From Ascidiella aspersa (lineage: Eukaryota): a stretch of DNA of 64,000 nucleotides. The DNA is taken from positions 13,206,001 through 13,270,000 of the forward strand of contig OZ004613.1 in the NCBI GenBank assembly GCA_963924565.1. The letters are read 5' to 3'. This document shows, one piece after another, positions 1 through 12,214 of the stretch (the first letter of the stretch is position 1; the number at the start of each line of letters is the position of its first letter). The notes under the pieces are model-generated. The model was not told where the DNA came from, did not search any database, and worked only from the letters and a program-made list of their open reading frames with translations. The position numbers and the translations under genes were made by a program.

Positions 1-566
1 GGTATATTATTTTGTGTTGGTTACCATATTTACTTGTTTCAAATCTCTAGCGATACTTAAAAAAGCTTCCGAACTAATAAGTATGCTTTTTATTTGCCGA
101 TGGGTTCTTTAGTCTAAAATAACGTCTAATATATATTTATGTATTTTTCTTTGTCCTTGGCCAATTACGGTTTTCAGTTCTCGTTTGTTAACTATATTTA
201 TACCTTGTATATAAGAAAAACATCTGTAGTCAATTTTCAGTTTTATGATATTTGCTGCGTTTTGTTTGCCACTTTGTCTGTATAGGCTTTTTTCCGCTCT
301 TGTCTGGAAACCAGCGCAACCTAATTGGAAGCAAAACAGTGCCTTCGCCTTGTGAGTATTAGTTTGCTTTCGTACGCAAGAGCCTGCGTTCAAACCTCAC
401 TGAAGGGTTGTCCGTTTTTCATACGTACAATGCTCGTCTTGCGTGATTAGTTGAATGTCGTCCTAACCATGCGTTTTTGTGGTCGATACGTTAAAGTTGG
501 TTGTCGTTTATAAACACCGGAATAACCCGTTAGCATTTTGTCCTGTGCTGTTTCAATTACTTATCT

Positions 567-879
567 CAGTGGTTCTCAACCGGGTTGCCGCGGCGCTCTG
601 GTGTGCCATTTCCAACTCTCAAGGGTGTCGATAGGTATTTGAGAATTTTTAAGAATCTGATTTTTGCTCAATCGGTAAGCTTATTGATACAACTATTCGT
701 GTACGATTAGAGACCATTATACCAAATGACACTTTCTACATGTTTTAAGTTGATTGTGTTGTTCCAGTTCCATTTATAGTGACATTTTCAGTAAATTACG
801 AAAATTTCTGTCTGGGCGGCGAAAACCTATTTATTCTTTTTGCGGGGTGCCATAAGCCATAAAAGGTTGAGAATCACTG
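567..879. mobile_element. hAT (Charlie-like) MITE
   Basis: TIRs CAGTGGTTCTCAACC / GGTTGAGAATCACTG; 8-bp TSD ACTTATCT vs ATTTATCT (7/8). Confidence 0.85.
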
Positions 880-1769
880 ATTTATCTGTTAGTGACATAT
901 ACGGATTATACGCTTTGCTTAGGCAATTGTAGCGTTCTGTATTTTTCTTGCATTTTGTGTGCCCAAAAAATTACAATTATCTTCTGTTTGCTTAAATTTT
1001 CTGCATAGTTGCCGCGTTACATTCATTCTTCTTTAAGGTGTTTATTCCGCCTTAAAAACACGTTACCTGTGTGTCGCTGCAATACACCTAACTCGCGAGA
1101 AACATCTTACTTACAGTATTCCAGCCGTCGCGACTTTTCACTGCTGAATTGTGCTGCTGTTATTATCTGAATTCTATAGTACAGACGAAAGCGTTTAGCT
1201 ACATTAAACCACCCATCGTTTGTACGCGTGTACTTTTTTTGAACCTTTTCTTTAGAGCAGTGTTGCTACATGGACAGGTCTTCGCTTTTATTCGGTGAAA
1301 ATATTGTATTAAAGTAAATTTGAAACCACACAAAAAACGATAGTTGTATGTTGCGTACTTACAGCACAAATGTTAACAGTAGGCCTATGTATAGCCTAAC
1401 TATACTTTTTTTGTATTCATTATACTATAGCTAAGATTTACCCTGTCTGTTAAAACAAACTCAATTTACATATATTCAGATAGATTTAAAATAATTGTTC
1501 ATAATTTTGCGATTGATTCTCATTACAATGTGCACGCCACAGATATTGGCCCATAATATGATCTGCATGACAAATTACGTTTTCCGACCAAAAGACCGGG
1601 AAAATGTCATTAGAAAGTAGGCTTTTAGTACAACAAGTACACAAACTATACTGGAGATCATTTGGTGGTTAAAACTATCTGATGTTTTTTTTTAATTTGT
1701 TAGGACACATCTGTGGTTGTAGAAGTCTGTTTAAGATTTTAAAGTTGTTTTCATTGCAAAGCAGTTCGG

Positions 1770-4700
1770 TTATCCAAGGTTGGCCGAAAGTGTGGCAAGA
1801 ACCGGTTTCCTATTCTTCTGTCGTTTCTTCGACTTGCGTTTTCGGTGCCAAGCAGGAAAGAACACTCGCAGCGTCTCGCCTCTCATTTTTCTAAAAATAC
1901 CTGCCAGTTTTGTATGGCTTTATGTTCGACCTTAGTCGTTTGGTTCAACGACCTTTGACGTCTATTAAATCGGTTTCAATCAAAGACTAAACGATTTGTC
2001 AGTACAGTTAACTAGATTGTGTGCTATTATTTTTTCACAAATTAAAACTTTTTGAAACTGAAGTATTGCCCGAGAAACGAATAGTTAACACGTTTTTTAG
2101 AAGTGGACTTAAAATACGTTTGAAACACGCAAAAGATATACTATGGGTACCGCGTATGACATTACAGTTAAAACTAGCAAAGGTTTGACATAGCAAAGGC
2201 AGTGTAGTTCAATTTGGGTGGGTATTTTTCTAGTAGGCCTAATCCAGGGGTTCCCAACATTTTACGATCTCGTACCACATTGACGCTCTGTACGCCACTT
2301 CTTTTAGAAAAGTTGTTCTTAACCTTTTTTCTACCGCGCCCCTTTTGTAACTGTCCTGTGCCCTGCACCCCTTAAATATAAAACAATAATACTAAAAATA
2401 ATTCGGCGTTTTTCAAATAGGCCTACATAACAACCAGACAGCATGAAACTAGAAAAGTTAACTCTTCGTGGCGCGTAGCGCGATAAAAATTGCGTTTGGG
2501 AGACACACAAAAGTTGCTCGGGCTCGATATTGGTTTACATCGAGCTGATTTTGACAGTGATAACACGCAATGCAAAGGCTATCTACTGCAAATGGCATTA
2601 CAAATTGGCGCTAAAAAGATTAAGTCCCCCCAATCAGTAATCCGCAAAAAAAGCATTTTGTTTACGCAAAACTGCAAAATTTTTTCGTAGTTTAGTTGGT
2701 AAAATTGACAAAACACAGTTTGTGGAGAGGGTGGCATGGTGCACAATTCAGATCTTCTTCAATCATATCATACTGTTCAGACTAAACACAGTCCAAATAG
2801 GCCGTAATAAGTAGCAAATATTGGCCCGAAATTCGAGAAACTATATTAAAACATTACTAGCCTCAAAGTTCGCAAATCGCAAAACTACGAATCATTTTCT
2901 TCAATTACTTTTCTAAACATATGTAAATTTTATGTTATGCTTAGGGCAGCATAGAAGCAGATTTAATAACTAACGCAACATGGAACTGATAAAATCAATA
3001 TAAAAAGTAAAATATTGGAGTAGAGCTTGCGCCCAGCTAAGATTTTAAGAAACAACTGTTGTAGAACAACTATTTTAATCGAATCATGTTTTCATTTATT
3101 TTAAGTTAACAATGGCACTATTCAATGCTATTTGTAGATTAAGCTTTTAAATATTAGATGATATCTAACACAATAATTTGATATAATTAACGTCCACTGT
3201 CCCACAGCGTTGTATGGCTTTTTAAGGCAACTGATGTGCTCATCGTTGACATATAAAATGACCTGTATTTTTAAGATCGTAATCGTACGAAACAGTAAGG
3301 ATAGTTACGTAACAATGAAAAAACAAAATATAAAAGTTGTGAATCCAAGTTTTTGTGAAAAAAACGTAAGCTACTCGCGTACCACCTGAAAAACCTTCGC
3401 GTACCACTAGTGCAGGGGTTCTTAAACTGGGGTCCATGGACCCCTTGGGGGTCCGTGAACTAGTTTTAGGGGATCCATGAAGGCCTAATTAAAGAACTAG
3501 TGTATACTTAAGAAGCAATTATTTTTTCAAAGAAAACACTTTAATTAAAAATTGAACGGTTTTGCACTGAATGTATAGTTAGACTCCATTTAACTTTCAC
3601 ATATTTCGGACCGAAATAAGCAGAGTTATGAAGTCTATTTGTATTGTGACGTCATATTATGACATCATTTTGGAGCATTTATCGCCTACCGGGGTCCGTG
3701 CAAAGCAAAAAAAAATGTTAGGGGTCTGCGGTAAAAAAAAGTTTAAGAACCCCTGCACTAGTGGTACGCGTATCACACCCCTGGCCTAATAATTTCCTGC
3801 CAGGAACGTTGTAGTATAAAATCGGAAATTCAGCTTGTTGCATCACACAGCCGTTTGATTCCCAAGTCAGTGCTCCCAAAACCCTTCTGGTCGAATACCA
3901 CCTATAAGGGCATTTTACTGTCTCCGCGTTCACTCGTTATGAAAAATACATTTGCTTAATATTCTCGCTTATTGCGCTAGCCTATATGGTCGATGTATGG
4001 TTGTGAAGACAACTTACGCCAGCCGCAATACCACTACGTATAAGTTTTAAAACCTGATTGTGGGACAATTGAAGTCATATGCGAACACTGGTTTACTGAA
4101 ACTCGTATTAATTCACGCCAAGTACTTACCCGGATGACAAGTAATAAAACACTGGATTCAGGGATTCGCTCAACCGCATTGCGGTGTAACTGGAAACGCC
4201 GAACCACCAATCACGCTTGTATTCTTCGTCTTTTGAAATCGGGATGTTTAATGTGTAGTGGTGGTACGCTGTTACAAACGGTCATATTTATAAATTGTAA
4301 TGGATCAGACATATATTAATTTACTTATTTTTGGGGTTCACGGGTAATTTAGGATCAATTAGGCAGTTAGGGCGAATACATTTTTAGTACTTAATCATTA
4401 AATCCAATAATGCGAAAAAATTTTTCAACTGCAACATTTTAGTCACTACGATTTTGCTTCATTTAAATATGTACTTTTATTTTTTTCTATTTTACATCGG
4501 TCGTTGTAAATTTCTCGCTTCAGTTATTTTATTTTACGAGATCGCTAATATAACTATAAAAATTCAAGCGATCGCCACGTCGTTAGTTTGTAAAGCTTGG
4601 TAACCACAGAATTGGAGAAACAAGGTATGCGTTGTTAGAAAGTTGGTCTTCATTCAGTCACAGTTTAGAAAAAAAATAATTTTAAGTTACTACTTATTTT

Positions 4701-7700
4701 TAAGGTATTGTTTTTGTGTAGAATTTTACCTGCTGTTGGAATGTATCCGAGCAAGAACGATCCCACTATCAGAATTAACTGAAAAGTAATTTGACCCTCC
4801 TTCTTTCTTCTTTTCACCTCAGATTTGTTAGGGACAGTTCTGAACCCTGCAGAAAAGGCAAAATATGCGCAGATAATTAGCTATAATCTCTCTTCCATGA
4901 TTGCTAAAATGCAGCACAGTGTCAAGCCTTAAGTTAAATCTTTACAAACTCATAATATCTTATTTAGGTTAAAATGAAATAGATATAATCATTTGGGCGT
5001 TTTTCTTCACTAGGCGTAGAACGTGATAAATCTCTATTACCGGTACATTAGATTTTACCAGTAGTGGAATTACATCTAGGTAACAAACAAGTTGCTCATT
5101 AAACATTTTTAAAAGGTCAACTTATTCCTTATTCGGGTATTAAACATACAAACAATTTGGGTAATGATTGTTATAATTAGCGTCATAAGAAATAATTAGT
5201 GGATAATTTAAAATATTTATTGTATTGCGTAATTTCTGATGTGCTGCTGTTTTCGCATTGGCGCTGTATGCCACTTTTGAATGCGCCGTTTAGTGATATT
5301 TCACATCCGCTAAGCTAAAAGTCGACCTAGTTCCCTTTGCCCGAGCTTTTTCCGTCACCCAAGATTTACAGTTCACATAAAACGATATGAGTAATCGCCA
5401 GGTGAAACATCCGCACCTTTTGAGAAGTAGGCCGCTGTAAAATATTACCATATTAGGACAATATTTTATTTCTGTGTCGCCATTTTTTCCTCCAAATTTG
5501 TCGATAAACAGAACAGTTGTGGCTTGCCGGCTTGCTGGCTGGCTTGCTAAACACCAGCCAACAAAAACTGTGTGGACTTGTAATCAGACTCTACAATTCC
5601 CATTGGAGAAGTAGGGAAGATTCATCGGGCAAGGACTTTAATGATTCTCATAATTAACCCGCTTGCTTCATAATCACTGCATATTAGCGCATTGGGTTAA
5701 AACTAACCACAAATGGTAACCCTGAAGAAAGTGATTTTATTAGCATAATTACAACTGTTCTAACTGTTCTAGGGAAGTAAGCCAGGTAGGCTACTGGTTC
5801 TGCAAACTTATGGTAGCAAAAGCGGTTCGCGCGAACCGGTTGAATCTCACCACTGGATTTTACCCATAAGTTGTTCTCTGTTTTTTCGTAGTTTCTTTAT
5901 AATGCGCGTAATAGCAATTCCGCAAACGATCATCAGAACAGCAGGTAAGTAGTAGAAAAATGAATAAGCCACTCTCGTATAGATGCGAAAGTCCTGTTTA
6001 CTGTAAAAACAAATGAAGTAATCTATATTAAATTGTTTGTATTATAATCAGCTATGTAGGAATATTAAAGTTTTATTCAAAGCTTAACCTCATCCCATAT
6101 TGGTAATTATTTTGTTATTTAACGTTAAAAACTAAGACCCTTGGCTTTACGTACAAGTAGTAGTCTGCCGTACCTTTAAACAATCCACCAGTATATTTTG
6201 CTATGCATTATTATTTAAATAAGGATGATATCTAAATCTTTTCTACATATTGTAAACTAACATTTCGGCTATAGCTAACAGCTCTAAGGCTATTGTGTTA
6301 TTGTTTAATAAAATCATGAAAAAAATGTGTTACCAAGCAAGCGTTATGGTACAATCTGGCCACTTTTCCGATGATATCTTCACTTCTTTGCGAGAACCAC
6401 TTGTACAGTTGGCACCACCTAACGTTCTTTGTCCTGTCCAAATCACCATGGGAACAAAACCAGAGCCAACTGCCAAGAACCAGGATGTAAATATAAAAAC
6501 CTAAATAAGATACAAACACCTTGATTGTATATTTATGTCGCATTAACCAACTTTTCCATCTAGTCTAGATTCTAGATCTATGCCCTTAACCATAGGCAAA
6601 CATGATTTCCTGTTACTTTTATTTTTCGTTATGTGTGTAGTAAACGGTTTCTATCAGTTAAGCATTTTTGTTGCCTACAGAAAAAACTCGAACCATGTTG
6701 TAAGGAAACTAACTTCATTTCTTTTCACTTTTAATCTGACAAAAGTTAAAACGATGCTAAAGTGGCAGATATACTCTGAAAGGTAAAGCTATAGGCAACC
6801 GACAAAAATAATAAAAATAATATTCAAATATTTCGCTTTGAAGCACAATACACCTCACAATGGCCAGCGTAGAGCCACAACCAGCGAAAATATAATTTAT
6901 TTAATCGTCGGGTCGCGAAACAATTCTTTTTATAGTGTATAGGCCTAATCGCTTTTCAGCTATGACAAACGATAAATCAAAATTGTATCTTTGATACCTT
7001 CGTGCCGTGGCTTGTAAGTTTGATGAATGTCTTCGGTTGCCAAATCGATAAAAGTCGAATGATGCTGAAAGCGCAGATGTGGATAGACGTGACGAAAGAT
7101 GTCAGATAGTCCACGCCAAAAATAAACTTCGAAAATAAAAAAATTCTCAACAGTTTCGATTGAGGTCATTAGGAAACGTTTTAAGTTATCGACAACAAAC
7201 ATAACAAACATTGCCGGATTACCAGTGAAAAATTGGACGTGATAACAATACTGTTTTTCTGTTTGATCGCAAAAGTAATTACCCTGGAAATGCTAACAAA
7301 TCTAAACCGAAAGAATCACCTTATAGATTCATTGTAAAGGACCAGTTTAATTCATAGTTATTCGCTGTATTTGCAGATAACACATACCAAACATAAAAAC
7401 ATTTCGAAGTGTGATTTCAGCTAAAGGATGAACTATCGCATGCTTAAATGCGTTAGATTTTTTCAGCCTTTAAAGCAGTGGTTTTCAACGTTTTTGTTGT
7501 CGCGATCGACCCCCGTTTTAGTTTTCAAAAATGACCCCAATTTTGGTGGATTGAACGTAAACCAGATTGCAATCATATAACGATTAGAAAAAATGTTCGC
7601 ATTTCTAGACAACTGGTTTCGAAATTGGCATAAATGTTCGGATTCAACTAAATATTACGACTCAAGTTATGTTTGCGTTATAAGATTTATTTGGCCGACG

Positions 7701-8865
7701 GAAAACAAAAATGTTGTGCAAATATGTCATAACTCATAACAATAAAAAATCGACTTCCCGTATACTTGTAAGACTGGTTTGAACAAAAAAATGTATTGCT
7801 TTATTTCGGTTTTTAAAACAGATAATGTTAACAAAGAAATAATGATTATTATGTATAAATTGTTCTAGGCCTATATAGTGGGTAAAATATTGTTACATGG
7901 AGTTTTTTTGTCGGGTGTGTTAAAACGTGTCTTCGGTGGTCGTATGGCCACAATTCGTATTTATATTCGACAGGGCCGTCAGATTAGATAGAATGAAATC
8001 CCTATTTTAGCCATTGATTGAACACAATACTGGTGGTGACTTCATAAACACGAATGGTTCACTGAAGTAAATCACGTCAACTAATTATTAAAATGTTAGA
8101 TTGGCGTCTGTTCTTGCTCAATTTACTGCCATCTTTCAATTTATATTGTTTTTTTTCTCGTTTAACAAATAGTACACGGCGATTACCTGCCGCGACCCAA
8201 GTTTAGGAACGACTGCTTTAAAGTATACAGACTTGTAAAGTGTGGTAAAGAATATATCGGAGTAACCTTGCACGTAAATTGTCCCAACTGCCACTTGCTT
8301 TGTCCGAAAGTGCGACGATAGGCAAATAAAGGACTGACCAGAGCAGAAAGAAAATCCGATATGCAAAGGCTTAGAATAATGCGATTGAACACCGATCTAA
8401 AAGAAAAACCTATTGTTAAATCGCTAATTTGGTGACATTATAGGCATATTTGATGCTACGTTGTGGGCAGAAAATTAAACGACGTAAGAATAACACTTTA
8501 ATGAATCATAATTGCTCAAAAGTTTTGATAAACATTAACGTAGGTTATGAAAAAACATTTCCAATAAATTTATGATGTACTAATCCATAGGTTTCGCACA
8601 TATACTTTTCCATTTACAAGAACATGTCCAACGAAAACAGACTGACAGAATGAACCACTGAACCATACAAGTCATAAAATTTGTGCGAAAATACTTAAAT
8701 CGTATATTACCGTAGTCTTTCGGATTTCCAGAGTGTCACTATTGCCAACAGGTTCGATCCAATACCGAATATGGCCAAGAGGATAATGACGGCCGTTACC
8801 GCTAATGACTCGGTCATGTTAGAACTGTCGTTTATATCAGTAAACAGTTGGTCTTGGTGCGACAT
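1770..8865 (-). CDS. Class A (rhodopsin-like) orphan GPCR, 8 coding exons, ~364 aa
   Basis: Phase-consistent GT-AG exons 8865-8711, 8396-8267, 7126-6998, 6500-6334, 6000-5864, 4846-4730, 4268-4130, 1890-1770 (1095 nt). Motifs: TM1 GSN, TM2 LCISD, ECL1 WQLGQFTCK, TM3 ending SIIRL, TM4 W, ECL2 Cys, TM5 FFYYLP, TM6 FLLGYIP, TM7 LNPVFY, basic C-tail. Confidence 0.9.
2310..3058. mobile_element. Older nested hAT MITE
   Basis: Ends AAGTTGTTCTTAA / TTAAGAAACAACTG; flanks TTTTAGAA/TTGTAGAA (7/8). Confidence 0.55.
3413..3755. mobile_element. Young nested hAT MITE
   Basis: Perfect TIR CAGGGGTTCTTAAAC; perfect TSD CACTAGTG (3405-3412, 3756-3763); related shorter copy at 24385-24611. Confidence 0.92.
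5059..5855. mobile_element. hAT-type non-autonomous element in GPCR intron 5
   Basis: Imperfect TIRs CAGTAGTGGAATT / AATCTCACCACTG; perfect 8-bp TSD GATTTTAC (5051-5058, 5856-5863). Confidence 0.75.
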
Positions 8866-9646
8866 CCTATAGCCTATAACCTTGTTATTCTTAAAAATAT
8901 TAAATGTGTAATACATTTTAAAGATTTTCTTAACAGTTAAAAACAGTTTTTGTTGGCAAACATTTCTAAGTTTTTTTTTTGAATTGCTGAGGCAAACCTC
9001 TTAAATTGGGTTTATGGCCAGTTTTTTTTTTTAAGGTTTGGTTTGGGTGACCGCTAAGTAGTTTTAAGAGACCGCAAGTGTTTCATTTAAATTCCAAAAA
9101 GTTGCAAGTCCAAAATTTGGGAAACCGCTGGAGAAATTTGTTTCGGTCCCCCAACACACCTTAAAAAAACACTGTTTATGTCTATTATTTAAAAGATAAT
9201 AAGTTCTTATTTTTCGCAACTTAAGCAATGAAACACCTTAGTTTCTTTAGATTTCTCTTTTTTTTTATAATGCTGCTATGTATCATATGAATTTACCAAT
9301 TTTAGTAGTTTAACATGGAATGTAAATATCAATTCACAAAATGACGTCCTAATCCGTAATAAAGTATACTTGGCATCCGACAATTAAACTATGTGATACA
9401 CTATACTACTGTGTTGATTGACCTACTGTAGCATATGTTTAGTAAATGCTTAATCAAGACTAATTATGAAAGCTTACCGTAATTTCACTAAGCCTGTATT
9501 AAGTCTGCAACAACACGTTTATTTTCTGTGACGTGCTTTTGCACATAAATTACGAAACGTTGAGGTGTTTACTAGAAATACCCGAGAATATCGGATCGGG
9601 TCCGATAGCAATACTAAGTAGAAGTATTTATACTTATTCTATAGAC

Positions 9647-10179
9647 CAGGGGTCGGCAACCTAAGGCCCGCGGGCCAATGTAATTTATCCGGCCCGCCAC
9701 TTCCTTGACAAACTGGATACGAGTCCATTTCAAATACTTTTTGACTATTTTAACTATACGTAAGTGCAAAACAATTGTGTAAGTCTAGTAATTCTAGTTT
9801 GTTTACGTTATGATGCTGTTTTTTGAAATAGTTCAGCGCTTCTTTTTTTGAAATAGTTCAGCGCTTCTTTACCGTTGCGATGTGGAGACGCCCAGCGCGT
9901 CGCGGACAAACGGAAAACGTATTTAAAATATATTGGACATATATTTTTTTTACTTTTTTATTTTTTATTTTCGGAAATGTAATAAAAGCTTGCAAAAAAT
10001 AAAAAATAAATCCCGGTATACCACACGTTTTTAAGTGCAAAAAAGATCTGAAACCCTCCTGATTCACAGTTGTTTTAACATTTCAATAACACAATTCTTA
10101 GTTATAATTTTGTGCGGCCCACAGGGACCTTTCTGAGTTTAGTTTTGGCCCGCGACTAGAAGAAGGTTGCCGACCCCTG
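9647..10179. mobile_element. hAT (Charlie/MER1-like) MITE
   Basis: Perfect 15-bp TIR CAGGGGTCGGCAACC; perfect TSD CTATAGAC; internal ~27-bp tandem duplication near 9820-9870. Confidence 0.92.
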
Positions 10180-12214
10180 CTATAGACTATAGAGTAAGTA
10201 TCGGTGATGATCCGATTCCAATTTAATAAAGTAGTTTAAGCCTAAATGATTTCTACCTAAAAAGGCATATTTATTAAAACATAGTAGGTTGATAGCTTGT
10301 TGGTATTAAACTTTTCATCGCTTAAGCAAATTGTGACCTAATAACCTGGAAAATTTTACTCGGAGTGTTTCAAATTTATCTATTTTGCTTGTTGAACGTA
10401 GTAATGGCGTCACTTGTTCGGTAACGAAATAAAGTGTCAAGTATCAGGCATCACAGTTGTTAATGTGATAAGTAAGATTTTGGGGAAACCTTGCTCTTTG
10501 CGAACTGAAATGGCACACATTTAAAAACGATTTGGTTGCATGATGTCCACATCAAAACTTAAATAAAACTTCCTTTTTAACCCTACATGATTCTTTTCGT
10601 CTCGAATCTGAATCAAACACTCCTTTATCTGAGAATTATTTTAATTGCAAATTGTCCACGTGAATTTTGTAAATTTCTGTTACCTTTTAATGTCATATAC
10701 TTACTAAGTATGACAAAGCTGTACCTGGCGGTTAATTGTCGTTCGCAACCATATTCCTTTAAAAACGTTGTTATCTGGAAAGGTACCTTTTAATGTCAGT
10801 CTGCGTTATATTCGCGGTGTTGGTTAAAATGCATAGATTGAAATTATGACGCCGAGGTTATATTTTTGTCCGATCCGCCTTTATAATTGTTTGCCGATTG
10901 AAGAAATGCAAATAGGGTAGGCATTGTAGGCCTATATAAAGTATTTGTGTGGTCAAATCAATGAAAAGGTTATATCAGGTGCATTGTTTTAAAATGTATA
11001 AACAAAACACATTCGGTCAATATAGCCTATATAATACAAACAATCTACCATCTCAATACCTATTTCTATAAAAGACAATGATATAACTTTTGAAGGCCAT
11101 CAGAGGCCATCAGAGCTCAATCGTTTTGGTCTTTAAACCAAATCAACCTACCAAATGGACGGTTGTCAAAAGGGGTGAAAGAAGAATAATTTTCTTACCC
11201 GGAACGCTTTATAATTTTCATAAATGACGTCAAACATTTTCGTCATTGCATGACGTCATAAAACAGGCCTTGTGCATCGGTTGCATTTCGCAGTATTGAA
11301 GTATTTACCTACATGACTCGAAACAATTATCTGGACGTTGCTAATACAAGTCGAGCCTCTGGTTTATTAGGTTCATTGACATTAAATATATAGAAGCTAA
11401 CCACATAAAACTTTAATTCAAAATGCAAAATGCGCACCTACAAAACTGTAATTTCAGAAAGGACCATGAGGAGCACTGACTGTCTAAAAAAACTTAAAAA
11501 AAAACATAATAGTTTTTTTACATCGCCTTGTGAAAACTGAATACATTTTTACCGGTACACGCTTTCGGCATTATATTTCTTTTACCTTAACGACGTTCCG
11601 GAAGTTCTGGCTTACATTCACCACTGCTTTAATTGTAATAATTTTACCTTTCCAGTGTAGAATAATTCAATTTTATTTCCAAACAACTTACGTGCACATA
11701 CCTATCAGAGCGATACATTTTTAGTAACAGCATGTCTAAAAACGACATTTCAAATTCGACTTCATCGAATAAAAATCAGTCCAGTAAGAAAAAAAGTTGT
11801 TGCGATTTTACTTGAAGTTCAAATTAAACCACGGGATATATTCATTTTTTGATATAAGTGGTAGATGTTAACAATTTAATTCATTTATAATTATTATACA
11901 TATTAAAATTTGAAAATAATCACTAAAATAAAACTATTGCAGTGAATTCCAAGTTGATCCAGTTGTCTAAAAATGTGTAAATGTTTAAAGAAAACCAAAT
12001 AGAACAGAAGTAATTTCACAGCAGGTAGGATTGGACATGAATTAAAAAAGCAATAAAGTGCTTTGTGAAAAACAACTACAAAAATTATATAATCACTGGT
12101 TATGGGTGATAAAAAAACGACCAAACGCTAAGGGGTGAGCGCTCACGAAAATAACCACAATGTGCTAGGCGTGATTCGTATGCAAACAAAAAGTGAATAG
12201 ATTTGTTAGTTGTT

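Larger units (their letters stand above)
2245..3783. mobile_element. hAT MITE host carrying two nested MITEs (GPCR intron 7)
   Basis: Starts CAGGGGTTCCCAAC and ends CACACCCCTG; flanks GCCTAATC/GCCTAATA (7/8). Confidence 0.65.

Noticed and set aside
241-351. Possible + strand exon (FMIFAAFCLPLCLYRLFSALVWKP...) bounded by CAG and GTGAGT
   Set aside because: Hydrophobic and TM6-like, but no compatible neighbouring exon could be linked inside the window.
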